Below are positions 1 through 11,009 of a stretch of DNA of 32,213 bases, piece by piece (positions within the stretch are counted from its first letter, which is position 1; each line of letters starts with the position of its first letter). Made by a program: the position numbers and the translations under genes. The notes below the pieces were generated by a model. The model saw nothing but the letters and a program-made list of their open reading frames with translations, did not search any database and was not told where the DNA came from. The stretch comes from Crocinitomicaceae bacterium (lineage in GTDB: Bacteria > Bacteroidota > Bacteroidia > Flavobacteriales_D > Crocinitomicaceae): assembly GCA_027084145.1 (NCBI GenBank), contig JALWLM010000504.1, forward strand, positions 1-32,213, given 5' to 3'.

Positions 1-1456
1 CTGTTATTTTAATAATATAAATCCCGCTTTCAAAAGCTGATAAAGAAATGGGATTGACATTGTTTTGCGAATAGATTTTTTCTCCCAACAAATTGTAAAT
101 TTCAACGGATTTTACGGTTGTGTTTTCCGGAATAGAAAAGGTTATTTTATCTCTTGCCGGATTAGGATAGACATCAATTTGATCTGAAAAAATAGAGTTT
201 GAATTTAAGCCCAGATTAACTTGTCTTTCTCTGTAAACAATTCTTGTTTCTCCTGTTCCTAAATAGTTAGGCGATTCGTAATTAACACAAATTTGACCGT
301 TAGGCATTAAAGAGGCGGATTTAAAACCAATGGAAATAGAATCATGGTCTGAGATATACTCAGGCATTGACCAAGTTTGACCTCTGTCTAAAGAATAGGA
401 AGTTAGCATATCTCCTCCTTTTAGTCCAATTATATCTTCTTCTTTCCAAAACGTCCAAAGTATGTTGTTGTTGATGTCGTATTTGCTACCTTCAACCAAA
501 TAGCTTCTTTGATTTAAAGATATTTGATTGTTATAAAAGTTAGATGACGGCACCCAAGTTTGACCTAAATCGTCAGAATAGCCGTAAACCACTCTTATAC
601 CCCAATTATAATCATTAACGGGTGCATGATGATAAAACAAATGAAACCTGCCTTGCGGATCGATAACTAAATCAGGATCGCCTTGAAAATCCGGCGATTG
701 ATTAATGGTTATTGGGTTAGACCAACTTAATCCTGCATTTGTACTAACCACCATGTGTATGTCCCAATTATTATTTGTTGAAACGGAATCTCTCCAAAAA
801 ATGGCTAATGTATCCCCCGAACAAGCGTTAAATTGTCCTCTTGGAAAAGCAGATGTTTTATTGGGACTTTGGCTGATTTGAACAGGAGTGCTAAAAGACA
901 TTCCTCCGTTAACCGATTGAGCATAAAAACACTCGCTAACAGCTCCTGTGTTTATATCTCCGTCATGCCACATCACGTGTATTCTGTTTTGTAAATCAAC
1001 TGTTGGATAAACACCGTTAAATTGACCGTTTGCAGGATTTTCTGCTACTAAAACAGAATCAATAACATAATTAAATGATGAGTCCATTTTAGAATAGTAT
1101 AGTTTTGTTTGCCCCTGATTATAAAACAGATGTATGTTATCGTTTTTATCTTGAGTTACTTTTAATGAATTGATTGCCGGCATTGGCGTAAATTGAGTTG
1201 GGCTTGACCAATTTAATCCGTCATAACTATAGGTGTAATATATCTTTGTAGGATCATTTTTCTCATTAAAAAACACCACTCTTTTATTGTTTGAAAAAAC
1301 TGCCATATTACCGTACAAAAAACCTCTTAAATCTGATGTGGTTGACGGATTAGGTAATTCAACTTCAGGTAACCAATACTGGCCAACTCCGTGTTGAGAA
1401 AATAATAAAAAAGGTGAAAACAAAATGGCTATTAAACCGGTTTTAATTAATGTCAT
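1..1456 (-). CDS. Secreted BNR/Asp-box repeat (sialidase-fold beta-propeller-like) protein with a T9SS C-terminal sorting domain; 3' end truncated by the window edge
   Basis: Absent from the ORF track because it is open at the window edge. My reverse-strand translation from the ATG (complement of 1454-1456) is stop-free down to position 2. It starts MTLIKTGLIAILFSPFLLFSQ (signal peptide). Repeated BNR-like motifs follow: YSYDGLNWS, QSVNGGMSF, VSTNAGLSW, YSDDLGQTW, YSLDRGQTW. The C-terminus reads DVYPNPARDKITFSIP...VEIYNLLGEKIY...ESGIYIIKIT, which is the typical Por_Secre_tail pattern. Confidence 0.75.
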   Translation of the reverse strand, partial: MTLIKTGLIAILFSPFLLFSQHGVGQYWLPEVELPNPSTTSDLRGFLYGNMAVFSNNKRVVFFNEKNDPTKIYYTYSYDGLNWSSPTQFTPMPAINSLKVTQDKNDNIHLFYNQGQTKLYYSKMDSSFNYVIDSVLVAENPANGQFNGVYPTVDLQNRIHVMWHDGDINTGAVSECFYAQSVNGGMSFSTPVQISQSPNKTSAFPRGQFNACSGDTLAIFWRDSVSTNNNWDIHMVVSTNAGLSWSNPITINQSPDFQGDPDLVIDPQGRFHLFYHHAPVNDYNWGIRVVYGYSDDLGQTWVPSSNFYNNQISLNQRSYLVEGSKYDINNNILWTFWKEEDIIGLKGGDMLTSYSLDRGQTWSMPEYISDHDSISIGFKSASLMPNGQICVNYESPNYLGTGETRIVYRERQVNLGLNSNSIFSDQIDVYPNPARDKITFSIPENTTVKSVEIYNLLGEKIYSQNNVNPISLSAFESGIYIIKIT

Positions 1457-1646
1457 GATTTTAAGTTTTTACTTGTTCTTGATTTATTTGACTAAAAAAG
1501 TAAACAAAGGTTTAAAATGATGCTATTTTTTTTTCACGATTTCTACGATAAAAATAAATTTAAGTTAGACTTATTTATATCAATTATCGTTATAAAATCT
1601 GTATTAACCCAATATTAATGGTAACATTTGCTTTTGTTTTTCAACT

Positions 1647-2225
1647 TTAAAATAAAAGTTTCACGTTTTCCGAAAACAATTTTACAGCAATAGATAATAA
1701 AATAATACCAAATACTTTTTCTAGGATAACAATTCCTCCTTTCCCTAAGAGTACACCTATTCTCCGGGTTAACTTCAAGACTATAAACACAATAAGCATG
1801 TTAAAAAAAATAGCTAGTAGAATATTAGCTGTGCTGTATTCTGCTTTTAATGAAATAATAGAGGTCATTGTTCCTGCTCCGGCAATCAAGGGGAAAGCAA
1901 GAGGTACAATACTGGCTGTTTTTCCACTATTTTCTCCTTTAAATAATTTGACACCTAAAATCATCTCTAATGATATGGCAAAGATGATTAATGAACCGGC
2001 AACGGCAAACTCTTGCACATGAACCCCAAATAAATTCAAAATACCTTCTCCTAAAAGAAGAAATGCCACCATAATTCCAAAAGCAGTGAGTGTAGCTCTT
2101 CCTGACTCTAGTTCTCCGGATTCTTCTTTTAGTTTAATAATGACCGGAATAGATCCGATAATATCAATAACGGCAAATAAAACCATTGATGCCTTAAAAA
2201 TGTCTCCCCAATTAATTATTTCCAT
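1647..2225 (-). CDS. MarC/UPF0056 family integral membrane protein
   Basis: 192 aa and about six hydrophobic helices. The N-terminal MVLFAVIDIIGSIPVII segment and the overall length match my recollection of flavobacterial MarC-family proteins. It lies 13 nt downstream of mfd on the same strand. Confidence 0.7.
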   Translation of the reverse strand: MEIINWGDIFKASMVLFAVIDIIGSIPVIIKLKEESGELESGRATLTAFGIMVAFLLLGEGILNLFGVHVQEFAVAGSLIIFAISLEMILGVKLFKGENSGKTASIVPLAFPLIAGAGTMTSIISLKAEYSTANILLAIFFNMLIVFIVLKLTRRIGVLLGKGGIVILEKVFGIILLSIAVKLFSENVKLLF

Positions 2226-2238
2226 TTTTGCTTGATGA

Positions 2239-5200
2239 TTAGATGTTTTGTAATAAGTTTAATGCCTTGTCGATGCTTTCTATTTGATCAAAAACAATTC
2301 TCAGGCGATCGTTTTTTTGTGTTAATTTAACGCCCTCCGGATTTTTTTGAACAAAGTTAAGAATATTTGTGAAGACTTCGGTTTCGTAGTATTTTGATTG
2401 AGGATTTGAAATAAAATAACCAATCATTTTATTAGATTTCAATACCAATTTCTCAATGCCTAGTTCTTGAGCTTTCCAACGAAGTATGAAGGATTTATTT
2501 AATTGTTGTACGGAATCGGGAATAGGACCGAATCGGTCGGTGAGTTCATCCATAATTTGATTTAATTCCTCCGGATTTTTTACGGTGTCGAGTTGTTGAT
2601 AGATACTTAGGCGTTCAGCAATATTATTGATATAATCATCGGGGATTCTAACTTCTAAGTCTGTTTCTAAAATACAATCCTGAACAAAAGAGCCAAAGGT
2701 ATCGGTATCTCGCTTGTCAAACAGTTCTTTGAATTCTCCTTCTCTCAATTCTTCCATTGCTTCTTGCAGAATCTTTTGATACATTTCAAAACCGATTTCG
2801 GAAATAAAACCACTTTGTTCTCCACCTAGTAAATTTCCTGCGCCTCGGATATCTAAATCTTTCATGGCAATATTAAATCCATCTCCTAAATCAGAGAATT
2901 GGACAAGTGCTTCCAAGCGTTTCCTAGCCTCGGGAGTCATAGAAATAGATGGTGGAGCAATGAGATAACAAAATGCTTTTTTATTGCTTCTTCCAACCCT
3001 TCCTCTTAATTGATGTAAGTCGCTTAATCCGAAATTTTGAGCATTATTGATAATAATTGTATTGGCATTCGGGATGTCAATACCGGATTCTACAATCGTT
3101 GTTGCCAAAAGTAAATCATATTCATGATTGATAAAATCAAGCATGAGTTTTTCTAATTTCTTCCCGTCCATTTGTCCATGTCCTACAGCTATTCGGATGC
3201 CCGGGCATAAACGTTGAATCATCCCTGCTACTTCTTGAATATTTTGTAAACGGTTATGAATGAAAAAAACTTGTCCGCTTCGACTAACCTCATAAGCAAT
3301 GGCATCTCTAATGCGTTCTTCATCAAAAGGAATGATTTCCGTAAGAACAGCCTGTCGGTTAGGAGGAGGGGTATTGATGATACTTAAATCTCTTGCCCCC
3401 ATTAGTGAGAATTGTAAAGTTCGAGGAATAGGAGTTGCTGTTAATGTTAAGGTGTCAATCGTTGCCCGAATGGTTTTTAACTTATCTTTTATCGCCACTC
3501 CAAACTTTTGTTCCTCATCAATAATCATTAATCCCAAATCTTTAAACTTTACTCTATCGGAAACAAGGGCGTGAGTTCCTATCAAAATATCAATCTCTCC
3601 ATCAGCAAGTTTTTTTAAGGTTTCATTGATTTGTTTCGTGCTTTTAAATCGATTGATATAATCAATAGTGCAAGGAAAATCCTTTAATCGCTCTTTAAAA
3701 CTTCTATAATGTTGTAGTGACAAAATCGTTGTGGGAACCAGAACAGCCACTTGTTTGTTGTCTGCAACGGCTTTAAATGCTGCTCGAATAGCAATTTCTG
3801 TTTTTCCAAAACCAACATCTCCGCAAATTAGTCTATCCATTGGTGTTGAAGACTCCATGTCTTTTTTGACAGCAATTGTTGCTTTGAGTTGATCGGCAGT
3901 ATCTTCGTAAATAAATGATGCTTCCAATTCATTTTGTAAATAAGTATCCGGACTAAATGCAAAACCGGGTCGACTTTTCCTCTTGGCGTAGAGTTTTATT
4001 AAATCGAAAGCAAGTTCCTTGATTTTCTTTTTTGTTTTTCGCTTAAGGTTTGCCCATGCCTGTGTTCCAAGTTTATTTACTTTAGGAGTAACACCATCTT
4101 TACTCGTATATTTAGAAATGCGGTGTAAGGAGTGAATCCCAACATATAAGACATCATTGTCTCGATAAATGAGTCGAATGGCTTCTTGTTTTTTTCCGTT
4201 GACATCAATCGTTTCTAATCCCGAGAATTTTCCGACACCATGATCAATATGTGTCACATAATCTCCGGGTTGCAAATTGTAAAGTTCTTTTAAAGTTAAG
4301 GCTTGTTTTGCTTGACGAAAACCTTCTTTTAATCGGAAGCGGTGATAACGTTCAAAAATTTGATGATCTGTATAGCAAACCAATTGGTTATCAGGAGAAA
4401 TAAATCCCTCATACAAAGCAAAATGTATAGGTGTAAACTCGACTTCGTCGTTAATATCCTTGAAAATTTGAACGAGTCGCTCAATTTGTTTGGGTTGATT
4501 GGAAAAAATCAGATTTTTAAATCCTTTTTTCTTTTTTTCAACGAGATCTTTTGCGAGTAAATCAAAATTTTTGTTAAAACTAGGTTGAGCTTTAAAATGA
4601 AATGAAAATACTTTTTTAGTGTTGAAGTAATACTCATTTCCAAATTCTACAACAGTAGATTGCTCCATAACTTCCTTCAATTCAGAAGGATGTAAAAAAA
4701 GCTCGGAAGGAATAGCAGGAGGAATTGTTCTTTCCAGCGAATCAAATTTTTTAACGGCTTTTTCGTATTCTTTTTTGAGTGTTTCAAAAGCCCAGTTAAA
4801 ACCTGACGACCAAATGGTAATATCATTTCCTACAAAATCAAAAAAAGAAACATGCTCTTCTTCAAGCATTTTCCCTTGTATATTCGGAACGATATTAAAA
4901 AATTGATGTTGTTTTATTGAAAGTTGTGTACTTGGGTCAAAGCTACGGATGGATTCTATTTCATCGCCAAAAAATTCGATACGATAAGGATGGTCATTGG
5001 AAAAAGAAAAGACGTCAATAATACCACCTCTTATTGAAAATTGTCCGGGTTCATATACGAAATCAACATGTTCAAAGCCCTCTTCTAATAATGTTTCATT
5101 GATAAAATCGATGCTGTATTCTTTGCCCGCTTCAACTTTTAAAGTGCTTTTAACTAAGTTTTTTTTAGAAGGAATTTTCTCAAATAATGCTTTTGGATAA

Positions 5201-5568
5201 GTAACAATCCATGTATTATTGTTTTTTGAAATTTTTTCTAAAGTTTCAGCTCTTGCAACAACGTTAGCATTGTCTATCTCCTCTTCTTCATAAGGGACTC
5301 TATACGACTCCGGATAAAAATAAATTCTATCCGAATTGGGGAACAAACCCTCTAAATCATTAAGAAAATAAGCTGCTTTTTCCTTGTCCTCCAGAATAAA
5401 AATATGATAACCGGGAACTTGTTCACAAACAGCGGAAGAACATATTGCTTTGGAAGAACCAACTTGTCCTTTCCATTGTATTTTAACTGACTTTTCTTGT
5501 AATAATTCAGCAGTCTTTACAACGCCGTCGAGTTTCGAAAAGGAAGTTAAGAATAAGGTGTTATCCAT
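2239..5568 (-). CDS. mfd: Transcription-repair coupling factor Mfd
   Basis: About 1110 aa. Motifs: Walker [10 protein letters not shown], motif II DEEQKFG, motif VI RGRVGRS, with N-terminal UvrB-homology-like and C-terminal TRCF regions. I prefer the ATG at 5568 (MDNTLFL...) over the track's TTG at 5577. This ATG overlaps the fbp stop by 8 nt (ATGGATAA). Confidence 0.95.
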   Translation of the reverse strand: MDNTLFLTSFSKLDGVVKTAELLQEKSVKIQWKGQVGSSKAICSSAVCEQVPGYHIFILEDKEKAAYFLNDLEGLFPNSDRIYFYPESYRVPYEEEEIDNANVVARAETLEKISKNNNTWIVTYPKALFEKIPSKKNLVKSTLKVEAGKEYSIDFINETLLEEGFEHVDFVYEPGQFSIRGGIIDVFSFSNDHPYRIEFFGDEIESIRSFDPSTQLSIKQHQFFNIVPNIQGKMLEEEHVSFFDFVGNDITIWSSGFNWAFETLKKEYEKAVKKFDSLERTIPPAIPSELFLHPSELKEVMEQSTVVEFGNEYYFNTKKVFSFHFKAQPSFNKNFDLLAKDLVEKKKKGFKNLIFSNQPKQIERLVQIFKDINDEVEFTPIHFALYEGFISPDNQLVCYTDHQIFERYHRFRLKEGFRQAKQALTLKELYNLQPGDYVTHIDHGVGKFSGLETIDVNGKKQEAIRLIYRDNDVLYVGIHSLHRISKYTSKDGVTPKVNKLGTQAWANLKRKTKKKIKELAFDLIKLYAKRKSRPGFAFSPDTYLQNELEASFIYEDTADQLKATIAVKKDMESSTPMDRLICGDVGFGKTEIAIRAAFKAVADNKQVAVLVPTTILSLQHYRSFKERLKDFPCTIDYINRFKSTKQINETLKKLADGEIDILIGTHALVSDRVKFKDLGLMIIDEEQKFGVAIKDKLKTIRATIDTLTLTATPIPRTLQFSLMGARDLSIINTPPPNRQAVLTEIIPFDEERIRDAIAYEVSRSGQVFFIHNRLQNIQEVAGMIQRLCPGIRIAVGHGQMDGKKLEKLMLDFINHEYDLLLATTIVESGIDIPNANTIIINNAQNFGLSDLHQLRGRVGRSNKKAFCYLIAPPSISMTPEARKRLEALVQFSDLGDGFNIAMKDLDIRGAGNLLGGEQSGFISEIGFEMYQKILQEAMEELREGEFKELFDKRDTDTFGSFVQDCILETDLEVRIPDDYINNIAERLSIYQQLDTVKNPEELNQIMDELTDRFGPIPDSVQQLNKSFILRWKAQELGIEKLVLKSNKMIGYFISNPQSKYYETEVFTNILNFVQKNPEGVKLTQKNDRLRIVFDQIESIDKALNLLQNI

Positions 5569-6586
5569 TGTTGGCAACTTCCTGATTTAAAAAGTTCATC
5601 GCTTGTTCAACCATTTTTTTAGAACCTACGAAAAACGGAATTCGTTGGTGCAATTCTTTTGGCTCGATATCTAAAACTCTTTGATACCCCGTTGTTGCTA
5701 AGCCACCGGCTTGTTCAACGATGAAAGCCAAAGGGTTACATTCGTAAAGTAAACGAAGGTGACCGTTGGGGGCTATTTGTGTTGCAGGGTAAATGTAAAT
5801 CCCCCCTTTGATGAGGTTTCTGTGAAAATCAGCAACTAAAGAGCCGATATATCTTCCTGAATATGGTCTTTTTGCTCCTTCAAGAACTCGTTGACAATAA
5901 GTTTCCACATATTGTTTAATACCCGGATCGCAAACATTAATATTCCCTTCGTTAATAGAATAAATTCTTCCTGTTTCAGGAATTTTCATATTAGGGTGAG
6001 ATAAACAAAATTCTCCGATGTGGGGATCTAATGTAAAGCCGTTAACACCTTTCCCTGTTGTGTAAACCAACATAGTAGAGGAGCCGTAAAGAACATATCC
6101 TGCAGCAACTTGTTCTATGCCTTTTTGCATCATGTCTTCTTTGGTTGCAAGTGTCCCTTGTGGGCTTTTTCTTCGATAAATAGAGAAAATAGTTCCTATG
6201 GAAACATTCACATCAATATTAGAAGATCCGTCTAAAGGATCAAACAAAACAACATATTTTCCTTGTTTTGAGATTTCATTATTAAAAGCAACGAATGTAT
6301 CATTTTCTTCTGAAGCAATACCGCAAATTTCTCCTCCTGCACGAAAAATTTTAATAAATGTTTCATCGGCAACAACATCAAGCTTTTGTTGTTCTTCACC
6401 TTGTATATTGGTGTTTCCTTGAGCTCCTAAAATATGTTCCAACAGTCCTGCTCGTCTTACATCATTAGCTACCATTTTTGAGGCAATAGCAATGTCGCTT
6501 AATATTCTGGATAATTCTCCCGTAGCATAAGGAAAATCATTCTGCCTATCCATAATAAATTCGTGGAGTGTTGTTAATTTGGACAT
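5561..6586 (-). CDS. fbp: Fructose-1,6-bisphosphatase, class I
   Basis: 341 aa. Contains the metal-binding [10 protein letters not shown] motif, GGIYIYPAT, and the typical FBPase class I N-terminus (LTTLHEFI...). Confidence 0.95.
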   Translation of the reverse strand: MSKLTTLHEFIMDRQNDFPYATGELSRILSDIAIASKMVANDVRRAGLLEHILGAQGNTNIQGEEQQKLDVVADETFIKIFRAGGEICGIASEENDTFVAFNNEISKQGKYVVLFDPLDGSSNIDVNVSIGTIFSIYRRKSPQGTLATKEDMMQKGIEQVAAGYVLYGSSTMLVYTTGKGVNGFTLDPHIGEFCLSHPNMKIPETGRIYSINEGNINVCDPGIKQYVETYCQRVLEGAKRPYSGRYIGSLVADFHRNLIKGGIYIYPATQIAPNGHLRLLYECNPLAFIVEQAGGLATTGYQRVLDIEPKELHQRIPFFVGSKKMVEQAMNFLNQEVANNG

Positions 6587-6694
6587 AGATGTTTTTTTAC
6601 TTTTTACAAATATCGTAAAATATCAATGATTCTATCAAGTAGAATATTAATTTATCTTTAATAAGAAGATAACCAATAGAATAAAACGTTTTAT

Positions 6695-6702
6695 TATTTT
6701 TG
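6695..6702 (+). promoter_or_regulatory. Candidate Bacteroidota -7 promoter box (TAnnTTTG) for the coaX operon
   Basis: TATTTTTG matches the TAnnTTTG consensus exactly, 50 nt upstream of the coaX ATG, in the fbp/coaX divergent intergenic region. No clear -33 TTTG element. Confidence 0.4.
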
Positions 6703-6752
6703 AGAAATAACAGATGAATTGAGAGATATCAAAGTGGTGATATTTGGTTGAT

Positions 6753-7523
6753 ATGAATAAAAGTGAAAAACCAATAACTCTTTTCAAACAATTAAAAAGC
6801 AAAAGATTGAAAATATCGAATATATATGTAGTGGATGCAGGAAATACTTCTTTAAAAGTTGCTGTTTTTGAAAAAGACGAACTTATATCTGTACATAGAT
6901 ATCGTTATGAAACGTTTTTTCAACAAAAATTATCGACTAAAGATAGTTTGGTCGTTATTTCTTCAGTATTGAATGATTCGGATACGCAAAAAATATTGAG
7001 TTTATTCAAAGATGTTTTTCATGTAACAACAAAAGTAAAAACCCCTCTCTCAATAGCGTATGAAACGCCGGAAACATTAGGTGTAGATAGGTTGGCTAAT
7101 GCCGTATATGCTTATTCTCAAAATCCAAAAGGGAATGTTTTGGTAATAGATATAGGAACTTGTGTTAAATATGATTTTGTTACAAAAGGAATTTATAAAG
7201 GAGGCGCTATTTCTCCGGGGATTAAATTGCGATACCGCTCATTACATGAGTTCACAGGGAATTTACCTTTGATAAAAGATACATGTCCTGCTTCATTGAT
7301 TGGACGGAAAACTTCTGAATCGATTCATTCAGGAGTGATGAATGGAATAAAAGTAGAAATAGAAGGAATAATTGATAATTATGCACGTTTATATGGAGAG
7401 TTAGATATTTTTGTTACCGGAGGAGATGCTCGTTTCTTTGATTTACGAAGAAAAAATAACATCTTTGCAGACGAAAATATTACACTCAAAGGATTGTACG
7501 AAATATATAAAATGAATGCGTAA
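6753..7523 (+). CDS. coaX: Type III pantothenate kinase
   Basis: ASKHA-fold motifs VVDAGNTSLKV, GVDR and VIDIGTC. I chose the ATG at 6753 over the track's TTG at 6744. The stop overlaps the next gene's ATG by 8 nt (ATGCGTAA). Confidence 0.9.
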   Translation: MNKSEKPITLFKQLKSKRLKISNIYVVDAGNTSLKVAVFEKDELISVHRYRYETFFQQKLSTKDSLVVISSVLNDSDTQKILSLFKDVFHVTTKVKTPLSIAYETPETLGVDRLANAVYAYSQNPKGNVLVIDIGTCVKYDFVTKGIYKGGAISPGIKLRYRSLHEFTGNLPLIKDTCPASLIGRKTSESIHSGVMNGIKVEIEGIIDNYARLYGELDIFVTGGDARFFDLRRKNNIFADENITLKGLYEIYKMNA

Positions 7524-8859
7524 CTTAATTATCATCTTCTTTTTAACTCTTATTGCAGGAGTTTCTTTATCACAGAAAATAACGAATTCACCATTCAGCG
7601 CTCATGGTTTAGGAGAGGTTGGAGGTTTAGACCATCCGGTTTTTGTGGGCTTTGGAAATGCAACGATAACACTTAACGACTCTGCTGTTGTTAATTATTA
7701 CAATCCGGCAACATATAGCACTTTAAGAGAACATATACCTCTTTTTTCTCTGGGAATTTCTTCTAAAACTTCAGTGTATTCAGAGAATGGTTATCATGCA
7801 AGAAATACAGTTTCAGCAATACAACATTTTACACTTGCTTTTCCGATTGCAAAGTATTTTGGATTGGCTTTCGGATTGAAACCCTATTCCGCAAGAGGTT
7901 ATGAGTTTTCCGTAAGGCTAAAAGAAGGCAATGATTCTCTAAAATACGTTTATTTGGGTAATGGTAGTATAAATGAAGCCTTTGTTGGTTTTTCTGCAAA
8001 AACAAAAAAATATAAAGGAGCAAGTTTGGCTTTAGGAGGGAATTTAGGCTATATTTTTGGTGCACTGGAAAAAACAAGAAAAAGTGGATTAATTGTAGGT
8101 TCTTCATCAACTTTGTCAGGAGGAGTAAGTACAAATAGAATAAGGACAAAGGCAATTCGTTATACCTTAGGAATGATTTATGAACAATCGATTACCCAAA
8201 ACCACCAATTTGCAGTTGCTTTTACATTAGAACCATCACAAAAATTTTCCGCAAGTTTTGAAGACTATTTGTATTATTCCCCTAATATTGATAATCCGAA
8301 TGTTTATGACACATTGATTGAAAATTCAACAAAAGGATATGTCACCAATATCCCTACAATGAAATACGGATTAAGATATGATTGGAAATTTAAAGGAAGA
8401 AAAAATCATCGTAACCCTTTAAATTCAATTCTTTCGTTACACCTAAATTACGCAGAAGCAGACTGGAGTCGGTTTGAAAATTCAAATGAAGCTAATCATA
8501 ATTTAACATCATCGTCAAAAATAAGTTTCGGGATTGAGTATCAACCGGAAATCGCTTATTTAAGAAAAAGAACAATGCTTAAATTTTATCACCGATTAAG
8601 ATATAGAGCAGGATTATTTAATGTTTCAACTCCATATATGATTAATGGAAATCAAGTTATTAATTTTGGCACAACTTTTGGCATAGGAATACCGATTGCA
8701 ACACAAAACTCCTTATCTAATATTAATATTGGATTTTCAATGGGGGCGAAAGGAACTTCAAACCCTAATGAATTAAGAGAAAAATATTATGGAATTAGTT
8801 TAGGAGTTTCAATCGCACCGGGAGCAGATAAGTGGTTTATAAAAAGAAAATTAGATTAA
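7516..8859 (+). CDS. Hypothetical secreted protein, probably an outer-membrane beta-barrel
   Basis: 447 aa. Signal peptide MRNLIIIFFLTLIAGVSLSQ. Gly/Tyr/Ser-rich sequence with alternating hydrophobic residues (for example LGYIFGAL, RYTLGMIYE, YGISLGVSIA), as in beta-strand barrels. I recognise no catalytic motif. Translationally coupled to coaX. Confidence 0.5.
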   Translation: MRNLIIIFFLTLIAGVSLSQKITNSPFSAHGLGEVGGLDHPVFVGFGNATITLNDSAVVNYYNPATYSTLREHIPLFSLGISSKTSVYSENGYHARNTVSAIQHFTLAFPIAKYFGLAFGLKPYSARGYEFSVRLKEGNDSLKYVYLGNGSINEAFVGFSAKTKKYKGASLALGGNLGYIFGALEKTRKSGLIVGSSSTLSGGVSTNRIRTKAIRYTLGMIYEQSITQNHQFAVAFTLEPSQKFSASFEDYLYYSPNIDNPNVYDTLIENSTKGYVTNIPTMKYGLRYDWKFKGRKNHRNPLNSILSLHLNYAEADWSRFENSNEANHNLTSSSKISFGIEYQPEIAYLRKRTMLKFYHRLRYRAGLFNVSTPYMINGNQVINFGTTFGIGIPIATQNSLSNINIGFSMGAKGTSNPNELREKYYGISLGVSIAPGADKWFIKRKLD

Positions 8860-8876
8860 TTTAAAAAGAAAGAAAA

Positions 8877-10151
8877 ATGAAAGGATTGTTTATAGCATTT
8901 ATTACTTTATCAGTAGGGAACACTTTTTCTCAGACGGCTTCTAATGACAGCATCAAAGAAAGAGAATGTTTAAGGATGCGTTATTTAGCGGGACAAGAAT
9001 TGAAGATTAAGAATTACAAAGCGGCTGCATCTTATTACCTTAAAGGAGAAAAGATTTGTGGAAATTATGATGCAAAACAATACGGACGTCTGGTAGGAAC
9101 ACTTAGAAATTCGATTAATCAGTCTAAAGAAAAAGCTGAAAAGAAAGCTTATACGGATACATTATTGGGGGTGTACTCCAGAATGGACTCTTTGGGCCTT
9201 TATAATAAAAAAGATGATTTATTAAGAGCATCTTATATTTTACAAAGTAGTAATGTAGATAGAGAATTAGCCGATCAATTATTTAGAAGAGGAGTAGAAA
9301 CACAAGGAACAGCGACTCCGGAAGGTTATGTTTCTTATTTTTACTATAATACATACATGCGTTTCCATGAGGCCCCTCAAGAAAAGAAATCGTCAATTAA
9401 AGAACAATTAATTGAGGATTACTTCAACTTATCAAAGTTAATTAGTCAAGCAAAAATGTCTGCTAAAACACAAGAGGCGATCAATAAATATTTTAATGCG
9501 GTAGTGAAAACTTGTGATGACATTGTTCCTGAGTTAAATGACTACATGAACAATTTGCCGGAAGATCCGGAAGTAAGAAAAGAGGCAGTTTTAAATTTCA
9601 TCCAAATTTTAGAAGATAAAAATTGTATAAAAGCACCGGAATATGGGAAATTAATAGATACTTATGTGTCAATTGACCCGAATTCAATAGATGCGCAATT
9701 AATGAAATCAAAATATTTAACTGCAACAGGTAAATATTCTTCAGCTATTCAATCTTTGAAAAAAGCCAAAGAGTTAGCAACTACAGAAGAAGAAAAACAA
9801 AAAATCACTTATCAGATTGCTTACAATCAATTCAAAGCACACCAATATGGAAATGCTTATAGAACAGCAATGTCGATTAAAGGAGATTTGAGAGGAGATG
9901 CTTTAGTGCTGGCAGCTCGTTCGGTAGCAGGAAATGCAAACAATTGTGGAGTTAGTACATTTGAAAGAGGATGTAACTATCTTTACGCTGTTCAGTTGTT
10001 AGAACAAGCAAGACAATTAGGAAAGTCAGTAGGAGGAGATATTGCAAAATATAGAAAACGAGTTCCTTCTAAAGATGATTGTTTCCAAAATGGAAATCCG
10101 GCATCTGTAGAATTGTCTTGCTATGGTGTAACGGTACATCCTTGTAAATAG
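8877..10151 (+). CDS. Hypothetical secreted helical-repeat (TPR-like) protein with C-terminal Cys pairs
   Basis: 424 aa. Signal peptide MKGLFIAFITLSVGNTFSQ. Helical, Lys/Glu/Ala/Tyr-rich repeat-like sequence (for example NYKAAASYYLKG, GKYSSAIQSLKKAKEL). The last ~80 residues contain six Cys (five of them in the last ~70), consistent with periplasmic disulfides. Confidence 0.5.
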   Translation: MKGLFIAFITLSVGNTFSQTASNDSIKERECLRMRYLAGQELKIKNYKAAASYYLKGEKICGNYDAKQYGRLVGTLRNSINQSKEKAEKKAYTDTLLGVYSRMDSLGLYNKKDDLLRASYILQSSNVDRELADQLFRRGVETQGTATPEGYVSYFYYNTYMRFHEAPQEKKSSIKEQLIEDYFNLSKLISQAKMSAKTQEAINKYFNAVVKTCDDIVPELNDYMNNLPEDPEVRKEAVLNFIQILEDKNCIKAPEYGKLIDTYVSIDPNSIDAQLMKSKYLTATGKYSSAIQSLKKAKELATTEEEKQKITYQIAYNQFKAHQYGNAYRTAMSIKGDLRGDALVLAARSVAGNANNCGVSTFERGCNYLYAVQLLEQARQLGKSVGGDIAKYRKRVPSKDDCFQNGNPASVELSCYGVTVHPCK

Positions 10152-10152
10152 A

Positions 10153-10725
10153 ATGATTAAAAACCGGATAAAACATATTGGGGTACCTGTCATGATTTTG
10201 ATGACAGGTATTCTTTTTTCTTGTGTAAATGATTTAGAGACTATTCAAAGAGTAACTTATGATCCGAATGCTCCCGAAGAAACCTCCAGAGAGCTTTATG
10301 TACTTTATACGGATTCCGGTTATCCTAAATTGGAAATTAATTCAAAAATAGCAGAGACCTATCTAAAACCAAAACATATCGTTAAGTTTAGAAAAGGGTT
10401 AAAAGTATTGTTCTATTCAGGAAAAGGAGAGGTGACGTCAAGATTGACGGCAAAATACGGGGAAATAGATCATGAAACGGGAATCGTAACGGTAAGAGAT
10501 TCGGTGATATTTGAAAATTTTAAAACAAAACAAACATTAGAAACGGAAGAACTTTTTTGGAATCAAAATGACACCTTGATTTATACCGATAAAAACGTAG
10601 TCATAAAAAGTGAAGGAGAAGGTGTGACAGGAATGGGAAAAGGACTTAAAACGGATCATTCTTTTACACGTTATGAAATAAAAGAGCCAACAGGCAGTAT
10701 TAAAATTAAAAAAGAAGAAAAATAA
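10153..10725 (+). CDS. lptC: LPS export system periplasmic component LptC, lipoprotein form
   Basis: 190 aa. Lipobox ILFSC. The size and OstA-like beta-jellyroll-type sequence (VLYTDSG...KVLFYSGKGEVTSRLTAKYGE...GIVTVRDSVIF) match my recollection of Bacteroidota LptC. It starts 1 nt after the upstream stop. Confidence 0.6.
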   Translation: MIKNRIKHIGVPVMILMTGILFSCVNDLETIQRVTYDPNAPEETSRELYVLYTDSGYPKLEINSKIAETYLKPKHIVKFRKGLKVLFYSGKGEVTSRLTAKYGEIDHETGIVTVRDSVIFENFKTKQTLETEELFWNQNDTLIYTDKNVVIKSEGEGVTGMGKGLKTDHSFTRYEIKEPTGSIKIKKEEK

Positions 10726-10726
10726 G

Positions 10727-10951
10727 ATGAATTTATACAATAAAATAATGATTTATTTTTGGCTGGGAATGTCAATTGTACTCATCGTTTCAATTACCTA
10801 TTTCGGGATAACGGAAGGATTTAATAAATGGGCATTTTATTATGTCTATGCTTTATTGGCAATATTAATGTACTTTGTTCGAAAATGGATGGTAAAAAGG
10901 ATGGAAAAGCATCAACAGTTTTTGGAAAATCAAAAAAAGAAAAAGGTTTAA
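10727..10951 (+). CDS. Small two-TM membrane protein, unknown function
   Basis: 74 aa. Two hydrophobic helices (IMIYFWLGMSIVLIVSITYFGI and WAFYYVYALLAILMYFV) and a basic tail. The ATG lies 1 nt after the lptC stop, so it is likely coupled. It is short, so coding status is less certain. Confidence 0.45.
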   Translation: MNLYNKIMIYFWLGMSIVLIVSITYFGITEGFNKWAFYYVYALLAILMYFVRKWMVKRMEKHQQFLENQKKKKV

Positions 10952-11009
10952 CCTTGTTTTTATCCGATTATCATTTTTATTTGTAATTCTTCTTTTGTTA
11001 TTCATATAA

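Noticed and set aside
1545-1590. AT-rich imperfect hairpin (ACGATAA...ATAAAT / ATTTAT...TTATCGT) downstream of marC, considered as a terminator.
   Set aside because: The stem is almost entirely A/T with an internal bulge and a large loop. On the minus strand no clean U-tract follows. It is too weak to call.
2239-5577. Plus-strand ORFs inside mfd (3299-3574, 4342-4560, 4997-5200), and the TTG start at 5577 for mfd.
   Set aside because: The internal ORFs are antisense to a conserved gene and have no motifs. For the start, the ATG at 5568 gives the typical MDNT... N-terminus and the common ATGNNTAA overlap, so the TTG extension is unnecessary.
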